Origin: a virus
Taxonomy: Duplodnaviria > Caudoviricetes
Length of the DNA stretch: 54,415 nt
IMG/VR virus record: IMGVR_UViG_3300037153_000425
Location: 1 to 54,415 of that record
Strand: one strand, 5' to 3'
In this document: piece after piece, positions 8,450-16,589 of the stretch
Layout: every line of letters begins with the position of its first letter
How positions within the stretch are numbered: the first letter of the stretch is position 1
Notes under the pieces: model-generated
What the model saw: the letters and a program-made list of their open reading frames with translations, nothing else
The model's database searches: none
Told to the model about the DNA's origin: nothing
Program-made: the position numbers and the translations under genes

Positions 8450-10972
8450 GTGGACTCGCCGGTTTTCAATACGATCAAGAACGTGGCCGGCTACGGCGTC
8501 GGCACGCTCGCGGCGCTCGATACGATCAAGTCGGGCGGCCTCGGATCGTACTTGATGAACCGGCAACGGCTCATGAGCGACCCGGGCTTTCGCGCGACGC
8601 TCGCCGGCTCGCCGTTCGCGGCGGGCATCTTTGGCGTGTCGGGCGAGACGGGGCCCGCGCCTGCGGCACCGGGCGCGCTCCCGGCGACGGGCGCACCGGG
8701 CGGCCTGGCGCAACCCGCCGACATGGTCGGCCCGCCCGCACCCGGCGTCCAGGTCGCCGCGCCCGCACAAGCGGCGCCCGGCCAGCTCCCGGCGCCGTCG
8801 GCTGTCAACGTACCCGGCTATCTGCCCGGGACGCCGCGCGCGTGGATGCCGAACTTGCCGCCCTACGATCCCGAGGAGGCGCTCAAGCAGCAAGCCCTCG
8901 CCTCGCAGCAAGTGGCGATTGGCGCGGGGAATCCGCTCCAAGCCGGCATCGCCAAGATGCAAGCGGGTATCATGCCGACCGAAGGCGAAACCAAGGCCGT
9001 GCTCGGGCAAGCGGCGGGGATTCAACAGGCCGCCGGCCCCGGCTCGACCGTCGGGGTCAAGCTGCCCGGGATGACGGTACAGATCGGCTCGCCGTACAAC
9101 TTCTCGGCGGTCGGCTCCGACGAGTATCCGAGCTATCAAGTCGCCGCCGCCGCCGCCGCGGCACGCAACGCGCAGCTCCCGCCGGGGAGCGCCGGCTGGA
9201 CGGTCGTGCCCTCGGGCCGCGGCACCTTCTTGATTGCGCCGCCGCCGACGCGCGAGCAAGAGTTCCCGACGACACCCCCGGCGCCCGCGAAGAGTGGTGA
9301 AATGCCAGGCGCCCCGCCGGCGCCCGTGATGCGGGGCGGGACACCGCCGCCGGGCGCACCCGGCGGGACGCCGGGTCCGACGGCGTCCGCAATGCCCATG
9401 GCGCCGACACTATCGGCGCCGGTGATTTATCCCGCCCCGAAAGGTTTTGTCTTTCACCATTCGGGCGGCTCGACACTTGCCGGATTGACGACGACGTTAG
9501 CTGATCGCGGTCTCGGCTCGGAATATGTCATGGACCGTGATGGGACGATCTACAGCTATGCGGGTCAGGGGTCACCGCATATCCGACCCAATGACCAATA
9601 TGGCGGCATTGCGCCGGGGCTCACGAACACGAATGCACTCGGGATGGAGGTGGTTGCCAAGGATAACAACGACGTTACGCCGGCACAGATTGCATCTGCA
9701 CAGAAGTTTATCGCGGACAATTATCCCAATACGCCCATCTACGGACACGGCGAAGTAAATCCCGGGCACAAGCAGGCGACCGAGGGCATGGCGATTGTCA
9801 GCGCCATTCGGAACGATCGGGGTATGGCGGTCGCTTCCACGCCGACGACGCGCCCGAGTGTCTCTTTGGGTGGCGGCATTGCATACGCGGCGGCGCCCCC
9901 GCCCGGCGCCACGGTCACGCCGCCACCGCCACCCGCTCCCGCCGCGCCGAGCTTCGATCCCGACGCCACGGTGCCGCACGTCCTCGTGCCCGCGCCGGCC
10001 CCTGCCGAGGCGACGGTCGGCTATCCTCCGGCCGCGCCGGGCCCGGCGGCGGGAGTGATTGTGCCGCAACGGATTCCGACGCTCAGGACGCCGGCGCCAC
10101 CTCCACTCCCGGGCGCGACCGCGCCGCCAGGCGCCGCCGTGCTCCCGGGGACGAATGTCGATCCCGCCACGGGGCTCCCACTCACGGGCCGGACGTATGA
10201 ATCCAAGACCGGGAGCGAGACGTTTACCGCGCCGCCGCGGGGCGACGCCCGGACGCAGATGCTCATGCGCAAGTACGGCATTACCGACTGGGCGCTCGCG
10301 AGCGCGAAACAAATCGACGACTACATGGCCGAGGATCGGGCGTTGAAGATTCAGGACGACTTCGACAAGGCGGCAATTGCGCGCACGCAACGCGCCCCGA
10401 GCGCCGAGGAAGAACGGATCTCGAACCGTTACTTCATGATGAAGCGCAACTATGACGATTTTCTTACGCAGTATCCCAACCCGGAGGATCGGGCGAAGTT
10501 CCTCGGACTCGCGCGCGCGCCGTGGGAAACGCTGCTTGAACGAGTCGGGTGGCGGAATGCGACGGCGATTCGGGATTTCCGCAATGCGTTTGCGTCGTTC
10601 TCACTCGAAAGCCTCACCGACGACAGGGGCAAAGCCCAGCCGGGATTCGAGGGGATTGCACAGACGGCGCCGAGCGCCTCCGACTCGGCCCCGGTCTTTG
10701 AGAGTAACCTGCAGCATTTCGGCGACCTGTTGAACGATCAGATCACCCTCGACACCAATACCGCCGCGCTTCCGGTCGGCGCCCGGACGCCCGCGGTGAT
10801 GCAAAGCTTGCTGGATCAGATGCGGGTCAACCGCGACGCGGCCCGGCAGGCGGAGTCTCAGCCGCCCCCCGAGGCGCCCGCCGCACCGCCGCCGCCCCCC
10901 GCCGCCACCGCGGCACCGCCCCCGCCGGCCGCGGCGACTGCGCAGCCGTGGTCGCCGAACTGGGTGCACTGA
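8450..10972 (+). CDS. Large ejection protein with N-acetylmuramoyl-L-alanine amidase domain
   Basis: FVFHHSGG, YVMDRDGTIY, NALGMEV, IYGHGEV motifs at about 9430-9825; Pro-rich linkers. Confidence 0.75.
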   Translation: MDSPVFNTIKNVAGYGVGTLAALDTIKSGGLGSYLMNRQRLMSDPGFRATLAGSPFAAGIFGVSGETGPAPAAPGALPATGAPGGLAQPADMVGPPAPGVQVAAPAQAAPGQLPAPSAVNVPGYLPGTPRAWMPNLPPYDPEEALKQQALASQQVAIGAGNPLQAGIAKMQAGIMPTEGETKAVLGQAAGIQQAAGPGSTVGVKLPGMTVQIGSPYNFSAVGSDEYPSYQVAAAAAAARNAQLPPGSAGWTVVPSGRGTFLIAPPPTREQEFPTTPPAPAKSGEMPGAPPAPVMRGGTPPPGAPGGTPGPTASAMPMAPTLSAPVIYPAPKGFVFHHSGGSTLAGLTTTLADRGLGSEYVMDRDGTIYSYAGQGSPHIRPNDQYGGIAPGLTNTNALGMEVVAKDNNDVTPAQIASAQKFIADNYPNTPIYGHGEVNPGHKQATEGMAIVSAIRNDRGMAVASTPTTRPSVSLGGGIAYAAAPPPGATVTPPPPPAPAAPSFDPDATVPHVLVPAPAPAEATVGYPPAAPGPAAGVIVPQRIPTLRTPAPPPLPGATAPPGAAVLPGTNVDPATGLPLTGRTYESKTGSETFTAPPRGDARTQMLMRKYGITDWALASAKQIDDYMAEDRALKIQDDFDKAAIARTQRAPSAEEERISNRYFMMKRNYDDFLTQYPNPEDRAKFLGLARAPWETLLERVGWRNATAIRDFRNAFASFSLESLTDDRGKAQPGFEGIAQTAPSASDSAPVFESNLQHFGDLLNDQITLDTNTAALPVGARTPAVMQSLLDQMRVNRDAARQAESQPPPEAPAAPPPPPAATAAPPPPAAATAQPWSPNWVH

Positions 10973-10975
10973 GCG

Positions 10976-12142
10976 ATGCCCGATCAGGCGCTTTTCGCGT
11001 ATCGCGTGCAGCTCCCCGACGGGAGCGAGACGGTGCGGACGGGCGGGGCCGACCGGCCGCCGACGCATGGCGAACTCGCCGATTACGCCGCGAACCAGGG
11101 CGAGCGCTACCTCGGGCCGGTGGCGATGTCGCCCAACATTCCGACCGGGAGCCCGCCCCCCGAGGCGGCACCCACGCCATCGCCCGCCGCGCCCACCGTG
11201 CCACCACCGGCCCCGCCCGAGGCGGTGGCCTCGCCGAGCACGCTCTCGCATACGCTCTGGCCCGAGCGCTCGATCGCGAGCCAGGTGCCGAGCATCGTTG
11301 GGGGTGTTGGCGGGGGTATGCTCGCGGGGGCGGGGATGGGCGCGCTCGGCGGCCCCTTGGCCCCGATCACGGTGCCCGTCGGGGCGATTATCGGGGGCGC
11401 GCTCGGCTCGGGTGGCCTCGAGTATCTCACGGCGAAATCGGAGCAAGAAGCGGGCATCCCGCCGTCCGAGGAGGGCACGCCGGCCGAGCGGGCGGTGCGG
11501 GCCGGGGTGCGTGGTGGCGTCGGCGAGACGGGCAGCCAGCTCGTGCAAGGGGGCGCGCAGGCCGTCAAGGCGCTCGCGCGTCCGGTCCTCAGCGCGGTCG
11601 AGCAAGTTGCCCCGACGATCACGCGCGAGCTGCCCGCCGAGGCCACGGCCGTGACGACGAAGGTCGGGCAGTTGATTCGCGACCCGGGGGCGCTCGCCAC
11701 CGCCCCGCTCGGGCCGCAGGGCCAGCGCACCATGCTCCCGGCATGGTGGCAATACCACACCGCCAACGGGGCCGACGCGGTCGTCAAGGCGTGGGATGCG
11801 CTCACGCCGGTCGGCCAATTGAACCTCGCCGGCCCGCAGGTCGACGCCATGGGCCGCATCGTCGATGCGCTGCGCCCGAGCGGCATGGGCATCGGCAGCC
11901 TCGCCAAGAGCGCCGGCTTACCGGCGACCCTGTCGCACTACGGGGTGATTTCCTACCCGACGGCGGTAGGGCTCACTGCGGCAACCAGACTCGGGCAGGA
12001 GTACGCGCCGCGCGCCTTGCTGTATCCGACCGCGCTCGATTGGATGTCGCGGCTCCCGCCAATCTCGCGAGTGGCGAGCCCGTGGGCCAGCGCCGCGACG
12101 AGCACGGTCGGGCAGATCGGGGCGCGGGAAGCGCTGCCCTAG
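10976..12142 (+). CDS. Ejection protein with glycine-zipper membrane segment
   Basis: GGVGGGMLAGAGMG...GAIIGGALG; last gene of the late operon. Confidence 0.6.
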   Translation: MPDQALFAYRVQLPDGSETVRTGGADRPPTHGELADYAANQGERYLGPVAMSPNIPTGSPPPEAAPTPSPAAPTVPPPAPPEAVASPSTLSHTLWPERSIASQVPSIVGGVGGGMLAGAGMGALGGPLAPITVPVGAIIGGALGSGGLEYLTAKSEQEAGIPPSEEGTPAERAVRAGVRGGVGETGSQLVQGGAQAVKALARPVLSAVEQVAPTITRELPAEATAVTTKVGQLIRDPGALATAPLGPQGQRTMLPAWWQYHTANGADAVVKAWDALTPVGQLNLAGPQVDAMGRIVDALRPSGMGIGSLAKSAGLPATLSHYGVISYPTAVGLTAATRLGQEYAPRALLYPTALDWMSRLPPISRVASPWASAATSTVGQIGAREALP

Positions 12143-12234
12143 CGGAGACGTCGCGGGAGGAACACGGCGAGCACGCGCACGAGGACCGTCGCCAGGAACG
12201 AGATGCTTACGAACTCGATGATCCAGGCCGTCAT
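12139..12234 (-). CDS. 31-aa hydrophobic peptide (MTAWIIEFVSISFLATVLVRVLAVFLPRRLR)
   Basis: Translated by hand; single TM plus basic tail; positional counterpart at 49225-49323; promoter upstream. Confidence 0.55.
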   Translation of the reverse strand: MTAWIIEFVSISFLATVLVRVLAVFLPRRLR

Positions 12235-12244
12235 AGCGTTACAG

Positions 12245-12274
12245 ACGATACGTGTCATGCCCGCGTGTCGGCAA
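12245..12274 (-). promoter_or_regulatory. Sigma70-type promoter TTGCCG-N18-TATCGT
   Basis: Conserved in both variants, about 10 nt upstream of the peptide ATG. Confidence 0.5.
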
Positions 12275-12315
12275 GCCCCGCAGGGGCCTTAGCGGGCTTC
12301 CAGCCGCGCGGCTCG

Positions 12316-13596
12316 TCATCCTGCGCCATCACTCGCTCCGTCCACCGCGAGAATCGCGCGCCCGATCACCTCGACGACTTGCGGCACGACCGCGTTGCCC
12401 AGCGCCTTCAACTCGTCTCGCCAGCGGGCGCCAGCCAGTCGGGCGGATACCCCATGAGCTGCGCGGGTTTCCTGCCGCTGATATGCTGCCCACGCTTGCG
12501 TTGCGTCCAGTGCCACCCGTCGTGACACGGCTTGCAGAGCGTCTGCAGATTCTTGAGTGCTGTATTCTTCCGATCGTGGTCGACGTGATGCACCACGAGC
12601 TTGCGCCTTGAGCCACAGCTCTCGCAGGCGTCCTTCAGGGCGAGCGCTCGCGCACGCTTGCACAACGTCGTCTTGTTCGAGGAATCCACCCCGCGCGACG
12701 CAGCAGAGCACGTAAGCGAGCAGAACCGACGACGAGAGAAGCTGCCCCGATCTTCCAGCCGCCCGTTGAAACGACTGCGGGTCAACGTCGCGCCACAGGT
12801 CGAGCACGGCTTCGAGGGGCACGGCAGAGCATTGCGTCCCATCGCTCACCACCTGAGCCAGCCAGCTGGGTAGCCCATCAAGGTCTCCACCCACCGGGGA
12901 TTCAACCGTGCGCGGCGGCTCCCACTCGTGCGGACGACCACCCGGCCGAGCAGGCCATTGCTCGGCACGTTCGCATCGTGGCAGGCCCCGTCCTTCCAAT
13001 CGCGTTGGGTCGCGGTCGGCCATTCCAGCACCTCGGCCGCGAGAATCCGCCCGTGCCCTCGCGCCACGCTCGGTTGCGTCTTGCGCGTCCGCTGCTCGTT
13101 TTCCGAGCTGCGCGGCGTCGGCCACTCGCCCGACGATCCAGACGCGGTCGCGGCGGTGCGGGGCGCCGACGTGTCGAGCACCCACCACGAGCGGCCAGCA
13201 GGCGTAGCCCGCCGCCTCTAGGTCGCCGAGGACGCTATCCGCGCCGCGACGGCGCAAAGCAGGCACGTTCTCGACGAGCACCCAGCGTGGGCGGAGCTCG
13301 CGGATGATGCGGGCAAACTCGCGCCAGAGCCCGCTGCGCCATCCGGTGATGCCGACGCCTTTGCCCGCTGCCGAGATGTCCTGGCAGGGGAATCCGCCGG
13401 CGATGAGGTCGACGGGCTTGAGGGTGCCGGCGCCTGCGAATCGCACATCCCGGCGTCGGGCAACGTGGGGCCAGTGCCGGGCGAGCACGTTCTCACAGTA
13501 GGGCTCCCGCTCGACCTGCCAGCGCACCGTGAAGCCGGCGCGCTTGAGGCCGAGTGACATGCCCCCGATGCCGGCGAACAGGTCGCCGCATGTCAC
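12316..13596 (-). CDS. dcm: C5 cytosine DNA methyltransferase, alpha chain
   Basis: DLFAGIGG (I), GGFPCQD (IV), VENV (VI), HRRDRVWIV (VIII), LGNAV (X); GTG start overlaps the upstream TGA. Confidence 0.9.
   Translation of the reverse strand: MTCGDLFAGIGGMSLGLKRAGFTVRWQVEREPYCENVLARHWPHVARRRDVRFAGAGTLKPVDLIAGGFPCQDISAAGKGVGITGWRSGLWREFARIIRELRPRWVLVENVPALRRRGADSVLGDLEAAGYACWPLVVGARHVGAPHRRDRVWIVGRVADAAQLGKRAADAQDATERGARARADSRGRGAGMADRDPTRLEGRGLPRCERAEQWPARPGGRPHEWEPPRTVESPVGGDLDGLPSWLAQVVSDGTQCSAVPLEAVLDLWRDVDPQSFQRAAGRSGQLLSSSVLLAYVLCCVARGGFLEQDDVVQACASARPEGRLRELWLKAQARGASRRPRSEEYSTQESADALQAVSRRVALDATQAWAAYQRQETRAAHGVSARLAGARWRDELKALGNAVVPQVVEVIGRAILAVDGASDGAG
12408..12842 (-). CDS. HNH endonuclease nested inside dcm
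   Basis: CSTC, FCSLTC, CESCG...VHHVDHD..N...NLQTLCKPCH. Confidence 0.85.
   Translation of the reverse strand: MGRNALPCPSKPCSTCGATLTRSRFNGRLEDRGSFSRRRFCSLTCSAASRGVDSSNKTTLCKRARALALKDACESCGSRRKLVVHHVDHDRKNTALKNLQTLCKPCHDGWHWTQRKRGQHISGRKPAQLMGYPPDWLAPAGETS
12846..13448 (-). CDS. Overlapping alternative-frame methyltransferase beta chain (in-frame TAG at 13218-13220; may start at GTG 13181)
   Basis: WPTP/WPTA repeats and RLNPRWVETLMGYP motif-IX-like segment, which the alpha frame lacks. Confidence 0.65.
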
Positions 13597-13763
13597 GGCG
13601 CCGTCCCGTGCCGCGCTCGCCACGCGGCCACGCGACAGAGCGGCGAGCAATAGCGGGCGGTCGCCCGCACGGGTTTGAAGCGCACCCCACACCGGGCGCA
13701 CTGCTGTAACGCTATCGATGCCCGCCTACCCGTTACAGGGCCCGGGGTGGGCTTCCCGGTCAT
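13593..13763 (-). CDS. Small zinc-finger protein
   Basis: CARCG..F.P....ARYCS..CR; homologue at 50028-50228. Confidence 0.6.
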   Translation of the reverse strand: MTGKPTPGPVTGRRASIALQQCARCGVRFKPVRATARYCSPLCRVAAWRARHGTAP

Positions 13764-13990
13764 GCCGAGGTGCGCGCGGGCCGTGGTAGCGTTGCGAGGG
13801 CCCTTCTCGGGCCATCGTGGTGCGCGTCCGTGCCGCCGGTGCACCGCCGCAAGTGCACCTCGAGCGCGTCGCGCACCCAATCCTGCACCAGAACCTCCGT
13901 GGCGATGCACTCGAGTTTCAGCGCGCGGTGCACCCGTTTCGGGATGCGGGTCGCGAGCTGGACGCTATCCGCCGGAATGTCGTTCGCCAT
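13760..13990 (-). CDS. Ribbon-helix-helix DNA-binding protein
   Basis: VQLATRIP..VHRALK......V...V.DAL pattern. Confidence 0.7.
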   Translation of the reverse strand: MANDIPADSVQLATRIPKRVHRALKLECIATEVLVQDWVRDALEVHLRRCTGGTDAHHDGPRRALATLPRPARTSA

Positions 13991-14495
13991 CGGTGGCTCC
14001 TCCGGAATGGGTCGCCGCGAGATAGGCGGCGAGCAGCAGGGCCTCGGCGGGGCCCTCGTCGGCGGCTTGGATGACGCCGAGACTCGGGAACCGTTCTTGC
14101 GCGCGCAGCCGGCTGACGCGCTTGGCGGCGCCCAGCAGCCCGGCGTGCCGCTTCCAGACGGTCGGCTGGATGACGCGGTAGGGGACGCGAGCGGCGACGA
14201 TGAGCCCGAGCCACAAGCCGAAGCCGACGCCGGTACGGTAGCTCGAGGCGACCCCTTGCTGGGGCCGGGCGCCTTGCGCCTCGAGGGCGACCTCGACGCC
14301 CCGGCCGTTGATGGCCCGGGTCAAGAGCGCCCACATGGCCGCCGGGTCGTAGTCGTCGCGCATGCGGCGGTTCCGCAGCACGATCAAGCGGGGCGTGCGG
14401 CGCAGCGCCGCGGCGACGACCGCGCCGGCGTCGTCGAGGTCGAGGACGCCGAGGCCGCCGGTGACGCCCGGGTCGCACCCGATCACGCGCCTCAT
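13965..14495 (-). CDS. RuvC-like Holliday junction resolvase
   Basis: VIGCDPG.TG, LEAQ, P.VWK, AEALLLA. Confidence 0.85.
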   Translation of the reverse strand: MRRVIGCDPGVTGGLGVLDLDDAGAVVAAALRRTPRLIVLRNRRMRDDYDPAAMWALLTRAINGRGVEVALEAQGARPQQGVASSYRTGVGFGLWLGLIVAARVPYRVIQPTVWKRHAGLLGAAKRVSRLRAQERFPSLGVIQAADEGPAEALLLAAYLAATHSGGATDGERHSGG

Positions 14496-15046
14496 GGCGT
14501 CTGCTCCCCGGCGTCGAGGGCGGCGAGCGCATCAACCAACGCCTGTTCCCAATCCTGATATGGCGGATCGGGGAAGTTTTCCCGCATCTCCCGCGCCGCC
14601 TCCACCACGCGCTCCCGCGCCTGCTCGCGGGCGAGGAGCGCGGCCAGGTCGGGGGCGTTAAGTAATTCGTCGGCGGACTTTGTGACGAGGGTATCTTGTC
14701 CACCCCATGCTCGAAGCGTCGTGCAGGTGGACCGCAGTTCCTTCACCAGCGCCGCGACGTGGGCGCGGAGTTGGTTGAGCCGCGTCGCGCCTTCCCCGAG
14801 GATTCTCCGCTCCGCAGAGGCGGCGTCATGCAGTTCTTCCCCGAGATGCCTGTTCATGTCCGTGAGCCGCGTGTTCTCGGCGCGGAGTTGGTCGCGTTCG
14901 TAGCCAATCGACGCGATACGCTGCTGATCAATACGACCAAGAGAACGGCGCGTTTCCACGTCCTGCGTGAGCCGCGCGTTCTCTTGATTCAGGCGGTCGA
15001 CGCAAGCGCAGCATGCGTGCTCTTGTGGCATGGGGTGCATAGCCAT
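14492..15046 (-). CDS. Coiled-coil hypothetical protein
   Basis: GGAGG RBS; shares LRAHVAALVK, APDLAALLAREQARER and ALDAGEQTP with 50957-51352. Confidence 0.6.
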   Translation of the reverse strand: MAMHPMPQEHACCACVDRLNQENARLTQDVETRRSLGRIDQQRIASIGYERDQLRAENTRLTDMNRHLGEELHDAASAERRILGEGATRLNQLRAHVAALVKELRSTCTTLRAWGGQDTLVTKSADELLNAPDLAALLAREQARERVVEAAREMRENFPDPPYQDWEQALVDALAALDAGEQTP

Positions 15047-15354
15047 AGGACCTCCAGCGGTCGGGCGTAATCTTCGTGGTGCGCGTGCAGGCGAGCTCCG
15101 ATGCCACACCGTTGGCAGGTGGTCGGCGCCACGATGCGCCCGCTGCGACGCGCCTTGTAGAGTTGGCGATGCGCTCGCCGTGCTCCGGGTGTTCGATCGT
15201 ACCAATCCTTCACGCCCGACCGCATTTTCTCCATCCGGCGTCGGTTTCTAATGCGTGCCTGTTCGCGAACGCGCTCGCGATTCTTCTCGCGCCACGCCGC
15301 AGCGATCGCTCGGCGATGGATGCGCGCGGCCTCAGTTGTGGGCTTACTCGCCAT
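14989..15354 (-). CDS. HNH-type endonuclease, variant-1 specific
   Basis: CQRCG...HAHHEDYARPLEVLWLC..CH. Confidence 0.75.
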   Translation of the reverse strand: MASKPTTEAARIHRRAIAAAWREKNRERVREQARIRNRRRMEKMRSGVKDWYDRTPGARRAHRQLYKARRSGRIVAPTTCQRCGIGARLHAHHEDYARPLEVLWLCTPCHKSTHAALASTA

Positions 15355-15384
15355 GCTCCTCCCGCAGCGCCTCGAGGTCGTCCG

Positions 15385-15507
15385 TCATGGGTTCGACACG
15401 CGGTAGAGCACGAGCGTCGAGAACACGCCGAGGAGGCCCGCCGCCGCCCAGAGCGCCAGCACGGCGAGCGTCTCGAGCCAGGTGGCGGGCCGGTCGTCGT
15501 CGTCCAT
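15385..15507 (-). CDS. 40-aa single-TM protein
   Basis: GAGGAGG RBS; near-identical at 51349-51471. Confidence 0.55.
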   Translation of the reverse strand: MDDDDRPATWLETLAVLALWAAAGLLGVFSTLVLYRVSNP

Positions 15508-15508
15508 G

Positions 15509-15811
15509 TCAGCCCTCCTCGCCGGCGCGTCGCGTGCGCCAGCGTCCGGTGCGGGCGTCCTCGGCCGCCCAGTGGGCTTTCCACCACGCGGCGGCCTGCG
15601 CGCGGCGTGCGGTGTCGCGGGTCCATTCGTCTGCCGCACTGACCTGCGGCTCCGCATACTCGCCCCGCTCATAGGCCGCGTGGTCGGCGGGCGTGACTGG
15701 GAGCCCGAGCTGGCGCCGGCGGCGCGCGATGTCCGGCGGGTAGGTGCCGCGGCGCTTCTCCTCGGGCGACTCGACGGCGCCCTCGTCGACCCATCCCCGC
15801 GTTTTTTTCAT
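15509..15811 (-). CDS. Hypothetical protein downstream of the initiator
   Basis: ATGA-coupled; C-terminal WWKAHWAAEDARTGRW shared with 51473. Confidence 0.55.
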   Translation of the reverse strand: MKKTRGWVDEGAVESPEEKRRGTYPPDIARRRRQLGLPVTPADHAAYERGEYAEPQVSAADEWTRDTARRAQAAAWWKAHWAAEDARTGRWRTRRAGEEG

Positions 15812-16563
15812 CCCCGCCTCCGTTCGAGCTCCCAGGCGTTGCGGACCCAGTACTCCCACGCGCGGACCCAATCGGCGTGGCGGACGTCGTCCCGCAGCGC
15901 GTGGGCTTGGAACTTGCCCCACTCGTAGCGGGCGTCGAGCCCTTGCCGGGTCGCGTAGGCTGCGCGCGTCTCGGTCAAGGCGAAGTCATGGGGCCACGGC
16001 GTCTTGGCTTTCGCGCGTGGGGGCGCCGACTTTTCTTTGCGAGCGAAAGCGAGTTTCTTTTGTTCAGATCCGGGTACGGGTACGGGTACGGGATACACGG
16101 GGACAGCATCGGGACTCCCCGGGGGACAATCGTGCATGTCCCCCTCGGTGTCCCCTGGGGACTCCCCCCGGGACAGACGTTGCTTCGCCTTCTTGGATCG
16201 CGCACGTTCGCGATCGGCAAGAACTTTCTCGCGCGGCGGATTGTAGACGAGATAATCGTGCAGCTCCCAATACGCGCCGCGGTCATGCCAGAGGCCGATG
16301 GTCGCGAGCTCCGTGGCGATCTCGTCGGCGTCCAGCGGCAGAAAACGGTCCTCCTCCGGCCCGCAGGCCGGCGGCGCCGCCAAGGCCGTCCCGATGCCAT
16401 CGAGGCAGACCAGGGTCCGCACGCGGAGTTTCGGAATCAGGCCATCGGTCAGATTCCGGGCGCACCACGTGATGGCGGCGACGTGCAGTGCGAAGCCGAG
16501 CGGCCCCGCCGCGATGATTTTCGCGTTGTCGAGAATCGCGTCATCCAGTCGCGCCCAACTCAT
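15808..16563 (-). CDS. Phage replication initiator (variant 1)
   Basis: MSWARLDD...TDG.IP, HDY..YN, PVPVP linker with internal repeats, DnaT-like C-terminus (F..H...DW..AW..W.RN). Confidence 0.75.
   Translation of the reverse strand: MSWARLDDAILDNAKIIAAGPLGFALHVAAITWCARNLTDGLIPKLRVRTLVCLDGIGTALAAPPACGPEEDRFLPLDADEIATELATIGLWHDRGAYWELHDYLVYNPPREKVLADRERARSKKAKQRLSRGESPGDTEGDMHDCPPGSPDAVPVYPVPVPVPGSEQKKLAFARKEKSAPPRAKAKTPWPHDFALTETRAAYATRQGLDARYEWGKFQAHALRDDVRHADWVRAWEYWVRNAWELERRRG
16099..16176. repeat. GGGGAC/GTCCCC iteron-like cluster, candidate origin
   Basis: Several direct and inverted copies in the initiator linker, the lambda-O-like origin position. Confidence 0.5.
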
Positions 16564-16589
16564 CGCAACCCCTCCCCACGCCGCCGGGC

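Noticed and set aside
12408-12878. Intein or group I intron in dcm
   Set aside because: The nuclease is in a different frame from alpha, no intein C-terminal HN/C motif is visible, and there is no non-coding room for a ribozyme core
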